DNA of 46,478 nucleotides from a virus, in the UHGV virus genome UHGV-1365323, one strand, 5' to 3'. The translations under genes were made by a program, and so were the position numbers. This document shows positions 36,709 to 44,882 of the stretch, piece after piece. The notes below the pieces were generated by a model. The model was not told the origin of the DNA. It did not search any database and was given only the letters and a program-made list of their open reading frames with translations. The number at the start of each line of letters is the position of its first letter. Positions within the stretch are counted from its first letter, which is position 1.

Positions 36709-36799
36709 TGAGTCCTCGGTTAAAGGTGGTTTGAAGTGATGCAGCAGGCGATAACCAATCGCTTTTCGTCTGGCCGGACTAGCTGCAATTGAGATTATA

Positions 36800-37282
36800 T
36801 CATTTTATTAGTGATTCGTACTGTTTTTGGCATGTCAATCCAGAGTTGTAATACCTGTCAGCTTCTTCCGCTGTTCGTCGATAAGAATCGTTGCTCTCGT
36901 CAAGCAATTGGGTAAGCATAACGATGACCTTTCTGGTTGATATGCTCGCTGGCTGAGTTCCGGTATAACGCTCTGCGAGCTTGCGTATTCGATCTGTTTC
37001 TTCGCGCATCCTGTCAGCGCTGGCAGCAGCATTAATAGCATCAGCGCGCGCGGCATCAATGCGACTCTGCGCTTCCTGTTCGATGGTCTTTTTGTCTTGC
37101 TCATGTTGTTCGCTTGCCTCTTTGTCTTTGACCTTCTGCGCCTCCACGGCGGCCAGATATCCAGAGTGATATTTCGCCTTCCCGTAATTGACCCACTTTC
37201 CGTAGATAATCAGCGCCAGGAGTGCGACACCGATGATAGCCGCAATGATTTTCCAGTTAGCCTTGAGGATTTGCAGAATCAT
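36800..37282 (-). CDS. i-spanin (Rz-like): N-terminal transmembrane segment followed by a periplasmic coiled coil.
   Basis: Transmembrane segment plus charged coiled coil; an embedded +1-frame lipoprotein ORF. Confidence 0.55.
   Translation of the reverse strand: MILQILKANWKIIAAIIGVALLALIIYGKWVNYGKAKYHSGYLAAVEAQKVKDKEASEQHEQDKKTIEQEAQSRIDAARADAINAAASADRMREETDRIRKLAERYTGTQPASISTRKVIVMLTQLLDESNDSYRRTAEEADRYYNSGLTCQKQYESLIK
36835..37104 (-). CDS. o-spanin (Rz1-like) lipoprotein embedded in the i-spanin gene in another frame. The true start is probably the internal Met of MPRALMLLMLLPALTGC.
   Basis: Lipobox LTGC after a signal peptide; classic embedded architecture. Confidence 0.5.
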   Translation of the reverse strand: MSKTKRPSNRKRRVALMPRALMLLMLLPALTGCAKKQIEYASSQSVIPELSQRAYQPERSSLCLPNCLTRATILIDEQRKKLTGITTLD

Positions 37283-37502
37283 TTTTCAGCGCCTTAATCT
37301 CTTTCTTCATACCGTGCATTTTTCCAAACAGCGAGGCAATAAGGATGCTGTAGCTGATCGCCTTGACCGCAATCGGTGGAATGGAAGACTTTAAGTCTTC
37401 CGGCATGAATGCCCATACGTGAACCATAGCATCAGGCCAGAGCTGAATCAGCGAGCAGAATGACGCCCAAATGCCGATAAGCCAGTTAGTTAATCGCCTC
37501 AT
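37257..37502 (-). CDS. Putative holin, 81 aa.
   Basis: Two hydrophobic segments; located between the endolysin and spanin genes. Confidence 0.45.
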   Translation of the reverse strand: MRRLTNWLIGIWASFCSLIQLWPDAMVHVWAFMPEDLKSSIPPIAVKAISYSILIASLFGKMHGMKKEIKALKNDSANPQG

Positions 37503-37933
37503 GACATGTAGACCTGACGTTCATCTGCGCGGCGCTTGGTCAGTCCGTTCATGACCTTGCCATTAGCGCGATTCCATACCCGGAACTGGTCAGCAGCGCA
37601 GGTATAGCAGCGGGCATTATGCTTTTTCAGCAGGGTTGATTTGCCAAAGTTACCAAGGCCGATGTTATAGGCCAGCGACACCATTGCATCAAACTGGCCC
37701 TGAGTTGTTGGGGCGGTGATGAGTGACGAGACGCCGCTTTCAAATTTCGCTACGTCGTCACGCAGCATCTTTTCCGCTTGCTGTGCGGTGATAACCATGC
37801 CTGGCTTAACGCCTTTGGTTGTACCGTAACCGATAGTCCACGGCGCTCCGCCAGTGGCTGGGTCTGGATATGCCTTCGAGCTGTAACCCTCGAATTGTTT
37901 AATTAAATCAATGCCACGCTGCGATAGTTTCAT
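37499..37933 (-). CDS. Endolysin, T4-lysozyme-like (GH24 muramidase).
   Basis: N-terminal LIKQFEGYSSKAYPDPATGGAPWTIGYG with a catalytic Glu-8aa-Asp-5aa-Thr arrangement typical of T4 lysozyme. Confidence 0.85.
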   Translation of the reverse strand: MKLSQRGIDLIKQFEGYSSKAYPDPATGGAPWTIGYGTTKGVKPGMVITAQQAEKMLRDDVAKFESGVSSLITAPTTQGQFDAMVSLAYNIGLGNFGKSTLLKKHNARCYTCAADQFRVWNRANGKVMNGLTKRRADERQVYMS

Positions 37934-37972
37934 TTTTACCTCCGGTGATGCAGATTATTTTATCACAATAGT

Positions 37973-38001
37973 CTTGACGTAGATTGAATCGTAAGCGATG
38001 A
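37973..38001 (+). promoter_or_regulatory. Promoter-family copy (TTGACGTAGATTG...GATGAT); a GATGTAGATAC motif lies downstream.
   Basis: Exact 13-mer. Confidence 0.5.
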
Positions 38002-38031
38002 TGTAGATACACAAACACAGGAGAGTAAAAA

Positions 38032-38322
38032 ATGAAAAAATTAATCGCAGCAGCAGTATTCGCAATGGCTTCATTTGGTGCGTCGGCTGGCGAGTTTTGC
38101 AATGCAGTTGGTGAGCTCGGTGAAGCGGCAGCAGAAGCCCGTGATGCTGGCGTATCAAAGCAGCTCGCGCTGATTGTTTCTTTTGGAGGCCAGTATGGCG
38201 CTGAATTTAACCAACTCAGCAAGGCCATCGTTGATGGGGCATACAAAATGACAGACAAGACACCGAAAGAAGTGGCCGCTGTCGCCCGTGAAGTCTGCCT
38301 GTCAACGGTGGGCGACAAATAA
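38032..38322 (+). CDS. Small secreted or periplasmic protein, 96 aa, with a signal peptide; moron.
   Basis: MKKLIAAAVFAMASFGASA|GEF signal peptide; AGGAGAG Shine-Dalgarno; own promoter. Confidence 0.5.
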   Translation: MKKLIAAAVFAMASFGASAGEFCNAVGELGEAAAEARDAGVSKQLALIVSFGGQYGAEFNQLSKAIVDGAYKMTDKTPKEVAAVAREVCLSTVGDK

Positions 38323-38514
38323 TGTGCCCGCTACTGATGTTTAAGGCCCGTAATCGCTACGTAAGGCTGGTGATGCGCGGCATGGATGAGCATGCAGCAT
38401 GGCTGAGCGTGATGGGTGAACTTAGAGAGGTTTATTTAAATGAACAAAATAGAATGGCTTGAGTCTATGCGCACCCTTCACAACAAGAAAAGTAATATTT
38501 GACAGAGGCCGCCA

Positions 38515-39462
38515 TCAGGCGGCTTTCTTGTGTGTATCCTGCCACGCCTCACGCTGCTTATCGAGCTTTTCCTGCGTCCTCTCAAGTATCACCGGCTTGC
38601 CATCCATCACTAATGCAGGTATCTGAGCGCAGTGACAATTCCTGCGGTTTGCGCCTTCGCTGTAGAACTCATCAATCTCTTCGGGGGTGTAATACTTCCC
38701 GTGACGCGCGGCATGAGTGGCACGAGTGGTTTTCATCAGTGCCGACTGCCAGAGCATGATGGTTTCAATGCCAAGCGTCTCGCGTGCCTCAATCACTTCC
38801 TTGCGATTTGACTCACGCAGTACGCCAGTTATCTCGGTCTGCGCGATAGAACGTGCGTAACTATGAGATACGTCGGCGCGCTTGACGATATCGTCTTCAA
38901 TGTCACGAGGGTTGGCGCCGCGGGCAATGCCCTCCATTACAACCGATGCAACCTGCTGCCTGGTGTAGTCACTCAGCCCAGACCAGTCTGAGTACCCCTG
39001 AGTGTACGCCAGTTGCAGACGGTTAAGGTATGGCTCGCTATACAGGATGGCTGCCATAGGTCGCTGTTCAGCGTAGAGACTTGACAGGCTTGACAGTTCT
39101 GAGTTTGCTTTTTGAGTTCCGGCGGCCCATGCGTCGCCAATATGAATATTGGCCCACATCTGCCCATGGTCGAATGTATCGCCCTCAAGCAAAAACTGGT
39201 CAAGCAGGCGTTGCAGTTCATCCATGAACGACGCAGCACGCGAGGCGCTGAAATCATAATAATAATTACCACTTGATTCAGCATTCCTTTCGCTTACTGG
39301 AATGCTGCGGAACAGCTCAAGAAGAGCCGCGCGAATGCGTTTGTATCTGGAGGCGATATCCTTATCCATCTTATTAAGCCGTGGCGCTGATCCTAACGGG
39401 TCAGTCAGGCTTTGCGATACCCTTGGCTGTGGCAGGCGGGCGTTAAGTCTGAGGATTTTCAT
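38515..39462 (-). CDS. Head morphogenesis protein (SPP1 gp7 / Mu F-like).
   Basis: Position after the portal gene; size 315 aa. Confidence 0.55.
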   Translation of the reverse strand: MKILRLNARLPQPRVSQSLTDPLGSAPRLNKMDKDIASRYKRIRAALLELFRSIPVSERNAESSGNYYYDFSASRAASFMDELQRLLDQFLLEGDTFDHGQMWANIHIGDAWAAGTQKANSELSSLSSLYAEQRPMAAILYSEPYLNRLQLAYTQGYSDWSGLSDYTRQQVASVVMEGIARGANPRDIEDDIVKRADVSHSYARSIAQTEITGVLRESNRKEVIEARETLGIETIMLWQSALMKTTRATHAARHGKYYTPEEIDEFYSEGANRRNCHCAQIPALVMDGKPVILERTQEKLDKQREAWQDTHKKAA

Positions 39463-40487
39463 TTCACTCTTCCTCCATGCTTTAAAACCAATTCGGCCGC
39501 CTCATGGGTTGATATATTGAAAAATTCTCTCGACCCATCAAATCCGGTTAACCCTGCATTTTTATGTTTTATTTCTTTGTGTATCATTGATTCAGCCTTT
39601 CTCGCGTCAGCCCATGATGGGAATGAGTACTCAGCAACCACAGCGACAGTTTTCCCTGCTGATTTTGATATGCTTTTCATTCTTCTTTCAGTGTTGTTGC
39701 TTACACCTATCTTGCACGCCCCATCCATTTCAGCCACATATACACTTGCAGGTTTAAACCCATAAGCTGTGCATTTATTGCAACCGGACCCCCACAAGTG
39801 CGAGTTAGGTGTCTGATAGAAATCGCCATGGATATGACACGTAATACACACTTTTATTGAACTTTTCATGTAATTAACTTTCTCGTATGAGTATCTTCTT
39901 CCGTGAATTGCTCTTGCTTTTGTTATGAATGAGGCTTTATTATCGCTGAACTTTTCAGACAGGAGCTCAAGTTTGCATGATGGACAGCCATTTCCTGATA
40001 GATGGTTTGCCGGTTGTTGTGAAAAGTCACCATGCTTTTGACATGTTACCAACACCTTCCTGTGATTTCCTGAGTATATGCACTTGTCATATGAGTATTT
40101 ATCACCATGAACCATTTTAGCTTTAGAGATAAATTCATCATTTGATGTCATTAACTTTCTTGCCCGAACATCTCTGGCGCAAAGTTCGCAGCCGTAACCA
40201 GCAAGATGGCATTCCGCTTTTTGAGTAAAATCGCCATGTTTTTTGCAGGTTATCGTTACTTGTTTTTTCGTTCCAGAAAACACAGACTTATCATAAATGT
40301 ATTTATCGCCATGTTTTTGCCTGGCGCGAGAAATGAAGTCTTCCGTGGTGAGTCTTTTTGCCATGATTAACCTCGTAGTAGGTTCGTAGACTGAGGATGC
40401 AGCAGGATGTCTACGTTCATCTTTTCGGGCGCCCCCTAGCTGCACATTTATTATATCATCACTCCTCTTGTGATGGGTCATCCTCAC
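39459..40487 (-). CDS. Putative homing-endonuclease-like protein: three tandem zinc-ribbon repeats (KHGDKY.YDK...C.KHGDF.Q...HL.G.GC..C) plus a C-terminal T5orf172/GIY-YIG-like domain.
   Basis: Threefold internal repeat read directly from the sequence. C-terminal YVAEMDG-CKIGVS...RR...H...G.REFF matches the T5orf172 pattern. The gene is AT-rich. Confidence 0.5.
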   Translation of the reverse strand: MRMTHHKRSDDIINVQLGGARKDERRHPAASSVYEPTTRLIMAKRLTTEDFISRARQKHGDKYIYDKSVFSGTKKQVTITCKKHGDFTQKAECHLAGYGCELCARDVRARKLMTSNDEFISKAKMVHGDKYSYDKCIYSGNHRKVLVTCQKHGDFSQQPANHLSGNGCPSCKLELLSEKFSDNKASFITKARAIHGRRYSYEKVNYMKSSIKVCITCHIHGDFYQTPNSHLWGSGCNKCTAYGFKPASVYVAEMDGACKIGVSNNTERRMKSISKSAGKTVAVVAEYSFPSWADARKAESMIHKEIKHKNAGLTGFDGSREFFNISTHEAAELVLKHGGRVK

Positions 40488-41877
40488 TCATGCCGCCTGG
40501 TAATTTTATTGGATCAAGGCCAAGGAATGAGCGAATTTCATCTGCCGTCAGGATTGGGTCCAAACCTGCATTCGCAGCGCTCTGCGCAGCTTGCGCCAGC
40601 TTGACAATCAATTCTGCCTTGTCGTTCTGCGTAGGCTCCAGCAAGTCATTCCACTTGCAGTAATATCCGGCCTCTGGCGCTTTGTCGATGATGCCGAATT
40701 TAATTAAACGCTCGACGAACACAGAAATAAGATAATCGAGCCACCCGTCACGACGCTGCATTGCCATCATGGCAAGTGACTGCTCATCATTTGCGGACGC
40801 AAGTACGCCGCTGCGACTACCGAGCAATGAGTTAAGAGGAATATTTACGGATGAAGCAAATTGGCTGGCCGCTACGTACATGAACGGTTCAGGGTCGTTC
40901 ATGGTTACTGACAGCACATCCACATCATTGCCAAACCCAAACATCGCAGCGTCAATCCCGCTATTTATTCTTTCTATATCTTCATTAAGGATATCTGGCA
41001 GCTCCTCTACCGTAACGGCCATTTGCTGCGCAAGGGATTGCACAGATACATTATCTTTGTTGAAGGATATAGATAATTGACGTGATGAGTTTTTGAGGAG
41101 CCCTTCCGCTGAACTTCCGGTAATTTTGGCGCAGTCTATTAAAGCGTTAAATCCAGCTCGAAGCAGAGGAATGCCAGAGAATATGCTCCCATCGAAACTA
41201 CCCTCTGCGAGAGTAATAATGCGGTCAGGGTGGATTTTAACCGATCGCTTTGGCTTACCATCGTTATCAAAATCATCAACGGCGCTTTCCTGGTACTCGA
41301 ACATCAAAGGCTGTCCGTAGTCCTCCTTTGACTCGTCATTTTGCCACTGAGAAACGCGCAACTGCTCCTCCCAGCATGGGATTAGCCTAACGATTGCCGC
41401 ATCTTTAATTCTGCCTGTTTTGGTCACATTAACAGGATCACTCCATTGGCCGCCATCATTTATCTGAAGCAGCAAGCCTGAGTAGCGGTTGATCAGGTTG
41501 CGCTTATCAGCATCTTTGATAAATGGAGCTGACTTCTTGAGGATTTTGTTTACCGAAACTTCCCATTTGGATGTTGCCTCGTCATCAGCATTGTGCTCAA
41601 GAACGGTGGGCATACCTTGCCACGACTTATTGAGCACAAGGTTAACCGCCGCTGTAGCTAACGGATATCGCTCGTAGGCAAAGCGGAAATCTGCTGCTGT
41701 AATCTCCTGGCTGTAACCACACTCCGACCAAAGCCTGTCGTGCTTTTGGTCAAGGTTCTTCCCGCCAAACTCCCGGCGCTGCCGCTCGATGAGCCTGTTA
41801 TTGTTCGCCACTCGCTGCTGAATATAGGCGTTTACCGCCTCTAACTTTGACATTTCGTCACCATAAAAAAATCCCAT
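40459..41877 (-). CDS. Portal protein, 472 aa.
   Basis: Size and position between the terminase large subunit and the MuF-like gene. Confidence 0.65.
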   Translation of the reverse strand: MGFFYGDEMSKLEAVNAYIQQRVANNNRLIERQRREFGGKNLDQKHDRLWSECGYSQEITAADFRFAYERYPLATAAVNLVLNKSWQGMPTVLEHNADDEATSKWEVSVNKILKKSAPFIKDADKRNLINRYSGLLLQINDGGQWSDPVNVTKTGRIKDAAIVRLIPCWEEQLRVSQWQNDESKEDYGQPLMFEYQESAVDDFDNDGKPKRSVKIHPDRIITLAEGSFDGSIFSGIPLLRAGFNALIDCAKITGSSAEGLLKNSSRQLSISFNKDNVSVQSLAQQMAVTVEELPDILNEDIERINSGIDAAMFGFGNDVDVLSVTMNDPEPFMYVAASQFASSVNIPLNSLLGSRSGVLASANDEQSLAMMAMQRRDGWLDYLISVFVERLIKFGIIDKAPEAGYYCKWNDLLEPTQNDKAELIVKLAQAAQSAANAGLDPILTADEIRSFLGLDPIKLPGGMSEDDPSQEE

Positions 41878-41903
41878 CGCATGGATGGGATTATAGCATG
41901 GTA

Positions 41904-42038
41904 TCAGTCGTCATCCTCGTCCCAATCATCATCTTCGTCATCATCACAGGATGCGAGAAGAGGATTCGTGCACTGACCTACATGGCGGGCGTATCCACTG
42001 CGACCGAGGTTGTGTAGCACGCCGTAGATTTCGAACAT
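41904..42038 (-). CDS. Overlapping small ORF, or the downstream frame of a frameshifted gene, ending in a poly-acidic tail (...[14 protein letters not shown]).
   Basis: I translated it by hand. The 78-aa ORF at 41978-42214 degenerates into a nonsense-like sequence exactly where this frame becomes protein-like. Confidence 0.3.
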   Translation of the reverse strand: MFEIYGVLHNLGRSGYARHVGQCTNPLLASCDDDEDDDWDEDDD

Positions 42039-42214
42039 TTCGGTTCGCTCATCACCAATATCAAGATCACAGGCCAGCGTTGCAGGACTTCGATAAGCTG
42101 CGCGGCCTGGTGTTTGTCGATGACTATTGCGTCGCCATCTTGATTGATGTTCATTGACTGCGGATTAAGCTCCGTAGTTGATATATCATCAAAAATTTCA
42201 CCTTCAATAATCAT
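41978..42214 (-). CDS. Hypothetical acidic protein, 78 aa as annotated; the C-terminus is probably completed by a frame switch into the 41904-42038 frame.
   Basis: ORF; ATGA overlap with the upstream gene. Confidence 0.4.
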   Translation of the reverse strand: MIIEGEIFDDISTTELNPQSMNINQDGDAIVIDKHQAAQLIEVLQRWPVILILVMSEPKCSKSTACYTTSVAVDTPAM

Positions 42215-42450
42215 AAATCACCACCCTCATCGTTATTTAGCTCAACATTCCGAAAGAAATCATTAATCGTCTTCAGGCCACTATAACCACGGCGTCGCTG
42301 CAACTCACACAGCACTTCATCATACATGCGCAGAAGTATAGCCTCATCTACATCGTACCTTTCGCACAGCGCTTCATCAGACACGCCAGCCCTTGCGAGT
42401 GAGTATATTTTTTCCTTCTGCTCCCACGAAAAAGATGAGTATGCCTTCAT
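42211..42450 (-). CDS. Hypothetical protein, 79 aa.
   Basis: ORF. Confidence 0.4.
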   Translation of the reverse strand: MKAYSSFSWEQKEKIYSLARAGVSDEALCERYDVDEAILLRMYDEVLCELQRRRGYSGLKTINDFFRNVELNNDEGGDL

Positions 42451-42483
42451 GATGCCCCGGTGATGTAGTTATGTCAATGCGCC

Positions 42484-42512
42484 TTGACGTAGATTCTAGC
42501 ATGGCGTAGATT
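42484..42512 (+). promoter_or_regulatory. Promoter-family copy, TTGACGTAGATT-N11-TAGATT.
   Basis: Exact 12-mer; TAGATT at the -10 position with a 17-nt spacer. Confidence 0.5.
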
Positions 42513-42538
42513 AAAATGAAACCTCTCGGAGAAATCTT

Positions 42539-42829
42539 ATGAAATGTGTCATTTTCGAGCTTGATGGCGTGCTGCGCGATGCTGAAGGAAATGCTATTGC
42601 TGGCAACATTGCGCTGGCTAAGTCGCTCTACTCTGCCGGGCATGATGTGCTTATCATGAGGGCAAAGCATGCGTATGAGTGGCTGCATGCTAACGATGTT
42701 TTCTATGATGACATCATGGCTTCGCACCAGCAGATTGACGCAGACAGAGTGGCAATGGCGGTCGTGTCTGATGATGTGATTTATGCCGCCATGCGTAATG
42801 CGGGGATTCATTGCTGGCTTTATAAATAG
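42539..42829 (+). CDS. Small HAD-like protein, 96 aa, with an FELDGVL N-terminus (a variant of HAD motif I).
   Basis: VIFELDGVL resembles the DxDG(T/V) HAD motif but has Glu at the nucleophile position; too short to be a full HAD fold. Confidence 0.35.
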   Translation: MKCVIFELDGVLRDAEGNAIAGNIALAKSLYSAGHDVLIMRAKHAYEWLHANDVFYDDIMASHQQIDADRVAMAVVSDDVIYAAMRNAGIHCWLYK

Positions 42830-42849
42830 ACCCCTGCTGGGGTCTCATC

Positions 42850-44331
42850 TCATCTCCTGCTCCTTCTAATCCATCCAGAGCCACGCTGTACGATGTGATC
42901 GCCAAGGCCATAGCGCAAACTATCTGTGGCGTGGTTGTGCTTGTCGATGATATCAGGAAGTATATTTCCCGTGAGCTTGTCCACTTTGTAGCTGTAAAGA
43001 GTAAACTCCTCAATGACAGTCTTACATCTTTCGTGAACAAAAATCCTGTCACAACCCCTGAGCCATGTAATTCCGTCCTCAATGCTTCCAGGCCACTTTG
43101 CGCACGGGTGGATATCAAAACCTGAGCGCTTTATATGGCTTATTGTTTCTGGCCTTGCGCAGTCACCATACCATCTGTATTTTTCGGAGCCGGGGAATGC
43201 CAGTCGCATAGCCTCTGGCGTATCAGTTATCTCAAGACCAACCTTTGCAAAGTCGCGGTAGATATACAGGTTTCTTCTTCCGCCGCCCAAATCCTCGACA
43301 TAAGATTCAGTTGCTGCCGTAGCATCCTGCGAGAAACCAAAATCAATACCATAGTAAGGCCCGCCCCAATCTGGCGATGGCTCGAAATCAAGAGTCTGCC
43401 ACTTACCACCAAGTACGGCCTCATCTGATCGCCTGTTAAACAACCCCTCATAAACCCATAGATAGCGGTCATAATCTACCGCCTTCATCTGGTTCATGTG
43501 CTGCTTCAGTTCTTCAGTGAACCACGGGTTGTGGACGTAGTTAACATTGACAACAACGATGTCATCATCCTGATATATGCCATCTACCATCTTGTCGATG
43601 TAAGGCTCAACAAAGTTAGTCCATGTCGGGTCCGTCTCTTTGTTCGGGTTAAAAACAATAATAATTTCAGAACCAGCAGCGCGGACTGTCGGGATTAATG
43701 TATCCCATGACACCTGACTGATATTTTCGGATTCTTCACAGAACACATCAGTAAGGCCAGCCATACCTTTGATGGCGGTTATGTTTCGCCAAAGACCACG
43801 AAAAACAAACTTTGACCTCGTTGAATGGTGGGTTATCTCACCATCAACGCAACGGTATTCCTGAGTGTGCCCCTTCCTGCTTATCTCATCGACCAGCTCG
43901 GCATAGCTTGACTCTTTGATCGAGTTCTGTATCTCACGGAAACAACCAACGCGACTGTTGCGGAATCTTGCTTTTTCGATAAGGTAGGATATACACGACC
44001 TCGATTTTGCTGACCCCCTGCCACCATAGAACACTTTAAAGCGACGAGGATAAAGTAATAGCTCCATTCGCTCAGGAATTAATATTGTTGGCTCTTCATC
44101 AGTTTCAGATACTCCGGTGGCTGTCATCTTAAGGCGCTTTACGACATTTGGAGCGCCATCCTGGAGTAAGTTATCTACAAGCCCAAAAACTGCTGATTCT
44201 GGCTTTGCAGTTGAGTTGCCAACTACCTGTTCAAGTTTTTCGATTGCCACACTTGAGAGTCTTTTTCTAGCCATGATTACAAAACTCCCCGTGATGTTTA
44301 TTTCTGAACTCCGCCACAGCTCTCTCAGCAT
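42850..44331 (-). CDS. terL: Terminase large subunit.
   Basis: Walker A FYGGRGSAKS; C-terminal nuclease-like acidic residues; 493 aa. Confidence 0.9.
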   Translation of the reverse strand: MLRELWRSSEINITGSFVIMARKRLSSVAIEKLEQVVGNSTAKPESAVFGLVDNLLQDGAPNVVKRLKMTATGVSETDEEPTILIPERMELLLYPRRFKVFYGGRGSAKSRSCISYLIEKARFRNSRVGCFREIQNSIKESSYAELVDEISRKGHTQEYRCVDGEITHHSTRSKFVFRGLWRNITAIKGMAGLTDVFCEESENISQVSWDTLIPTVRAAGSEIIIVFNPNKETDPTWTNFVEPYIDKMVDGIYQDDDIVVVNVNYVHNPWFTEELKQHMNQMKAVDYDRYLWVYEGLFNRRSDEAVLGGKWQTLDFEPSPDWGGPYYGIDFGFSQDATAATESYVEDLGGGRRNLYIYRDFAKVGLEITDTPEAMRLAFPGSEKYRWYGDCARPETISHIKRSGFDIHPCAKWPGSIEDGITWLRGCDRIFVHERCKTVIEEFTLYSYKVDKLTGNILPDIIDKHNHATDSLRYGLGDHIVQRGSGWIRRSRR

Positions 44332-44779
44332 CTTCTTTTGACGAAGACCTACCTACCGTATATTTTTTCCCAAAAACCCTGCAATGCGCCTTCCATTTAT
44401 TTTTCTCTGCATCCCAACTCACACCTTTTACTCCTGACGTATTTGTCGATGGTTTACCAACATTCCATCCGTTTTCATTATTACTTGCTTCTCTCAGGTT
44501 GCAGATTCTGTTATCTGTCTTCACGTTATTGATGTGATCTATTTTCCCATTGGGCCACACACCATAAATGTAAAGCCACGCAAGCCGATGAGCTTTGTGT
44601 AAAGACTTATCGATGCGTATATCTATATAGCCTGACTTATTCTTACTGCCCGCTGAATTACCAACTCTTACGCTTTTTGAGGCGCGCTGAACCCATGTGA
44701 AAACACCAGTATCTGGATTGTAATGCAGTAGATGCTTAAGTCTTTCCTGAGTGAGAGCGAGCTCTTTTAATGATGGCAT
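44267..44779 (-). CDS. HNH homing endonuclease with an AP2 domain, lying between the two terminase subunit genes.
   Basis: IDHINNVKTDNRICNLRE plus NTSGVKGVSWDAEKNKWKA. Start set at MPSLKEL by homology of its leader to that of the HNH gene at 36199-36708. Confidence 0.75.
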   Translation of the reverse strand: MPSLKELALTQERLKHLLHYNPDTGVFTWVQRASKSVRVGNSAGSKNKSGYIDIRIDKSLHKAHRLAWLYIYGVWPNGKIDHINNVKTDNRICNLREASNNENGWNVGKPSTNTSGVKGVSWDAEKNKWKAHCRVFGKKYTVGRSSSKEDAERAVAEFRNKHHGEFCNHG

Positions 44780-44882
44780 TCTTGAATCCTCGGTTACAGG
44801 CGGTCTATTGATTGGATGCAGCAGCCCGGAGACCAATCCGGGCAGGGAGCTACCCTTTGCCGCATTAATTATTATAAATCAG

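Noticed and set aside
42829-42844. Hairpin GACCCC-TGCT-GGGGTC after the HAD-like gene as a terminator.
   Set aside because: The stem is only 6 bp and the T-run is weak (TCATCTCATC); plausible but not convincing enough to list.
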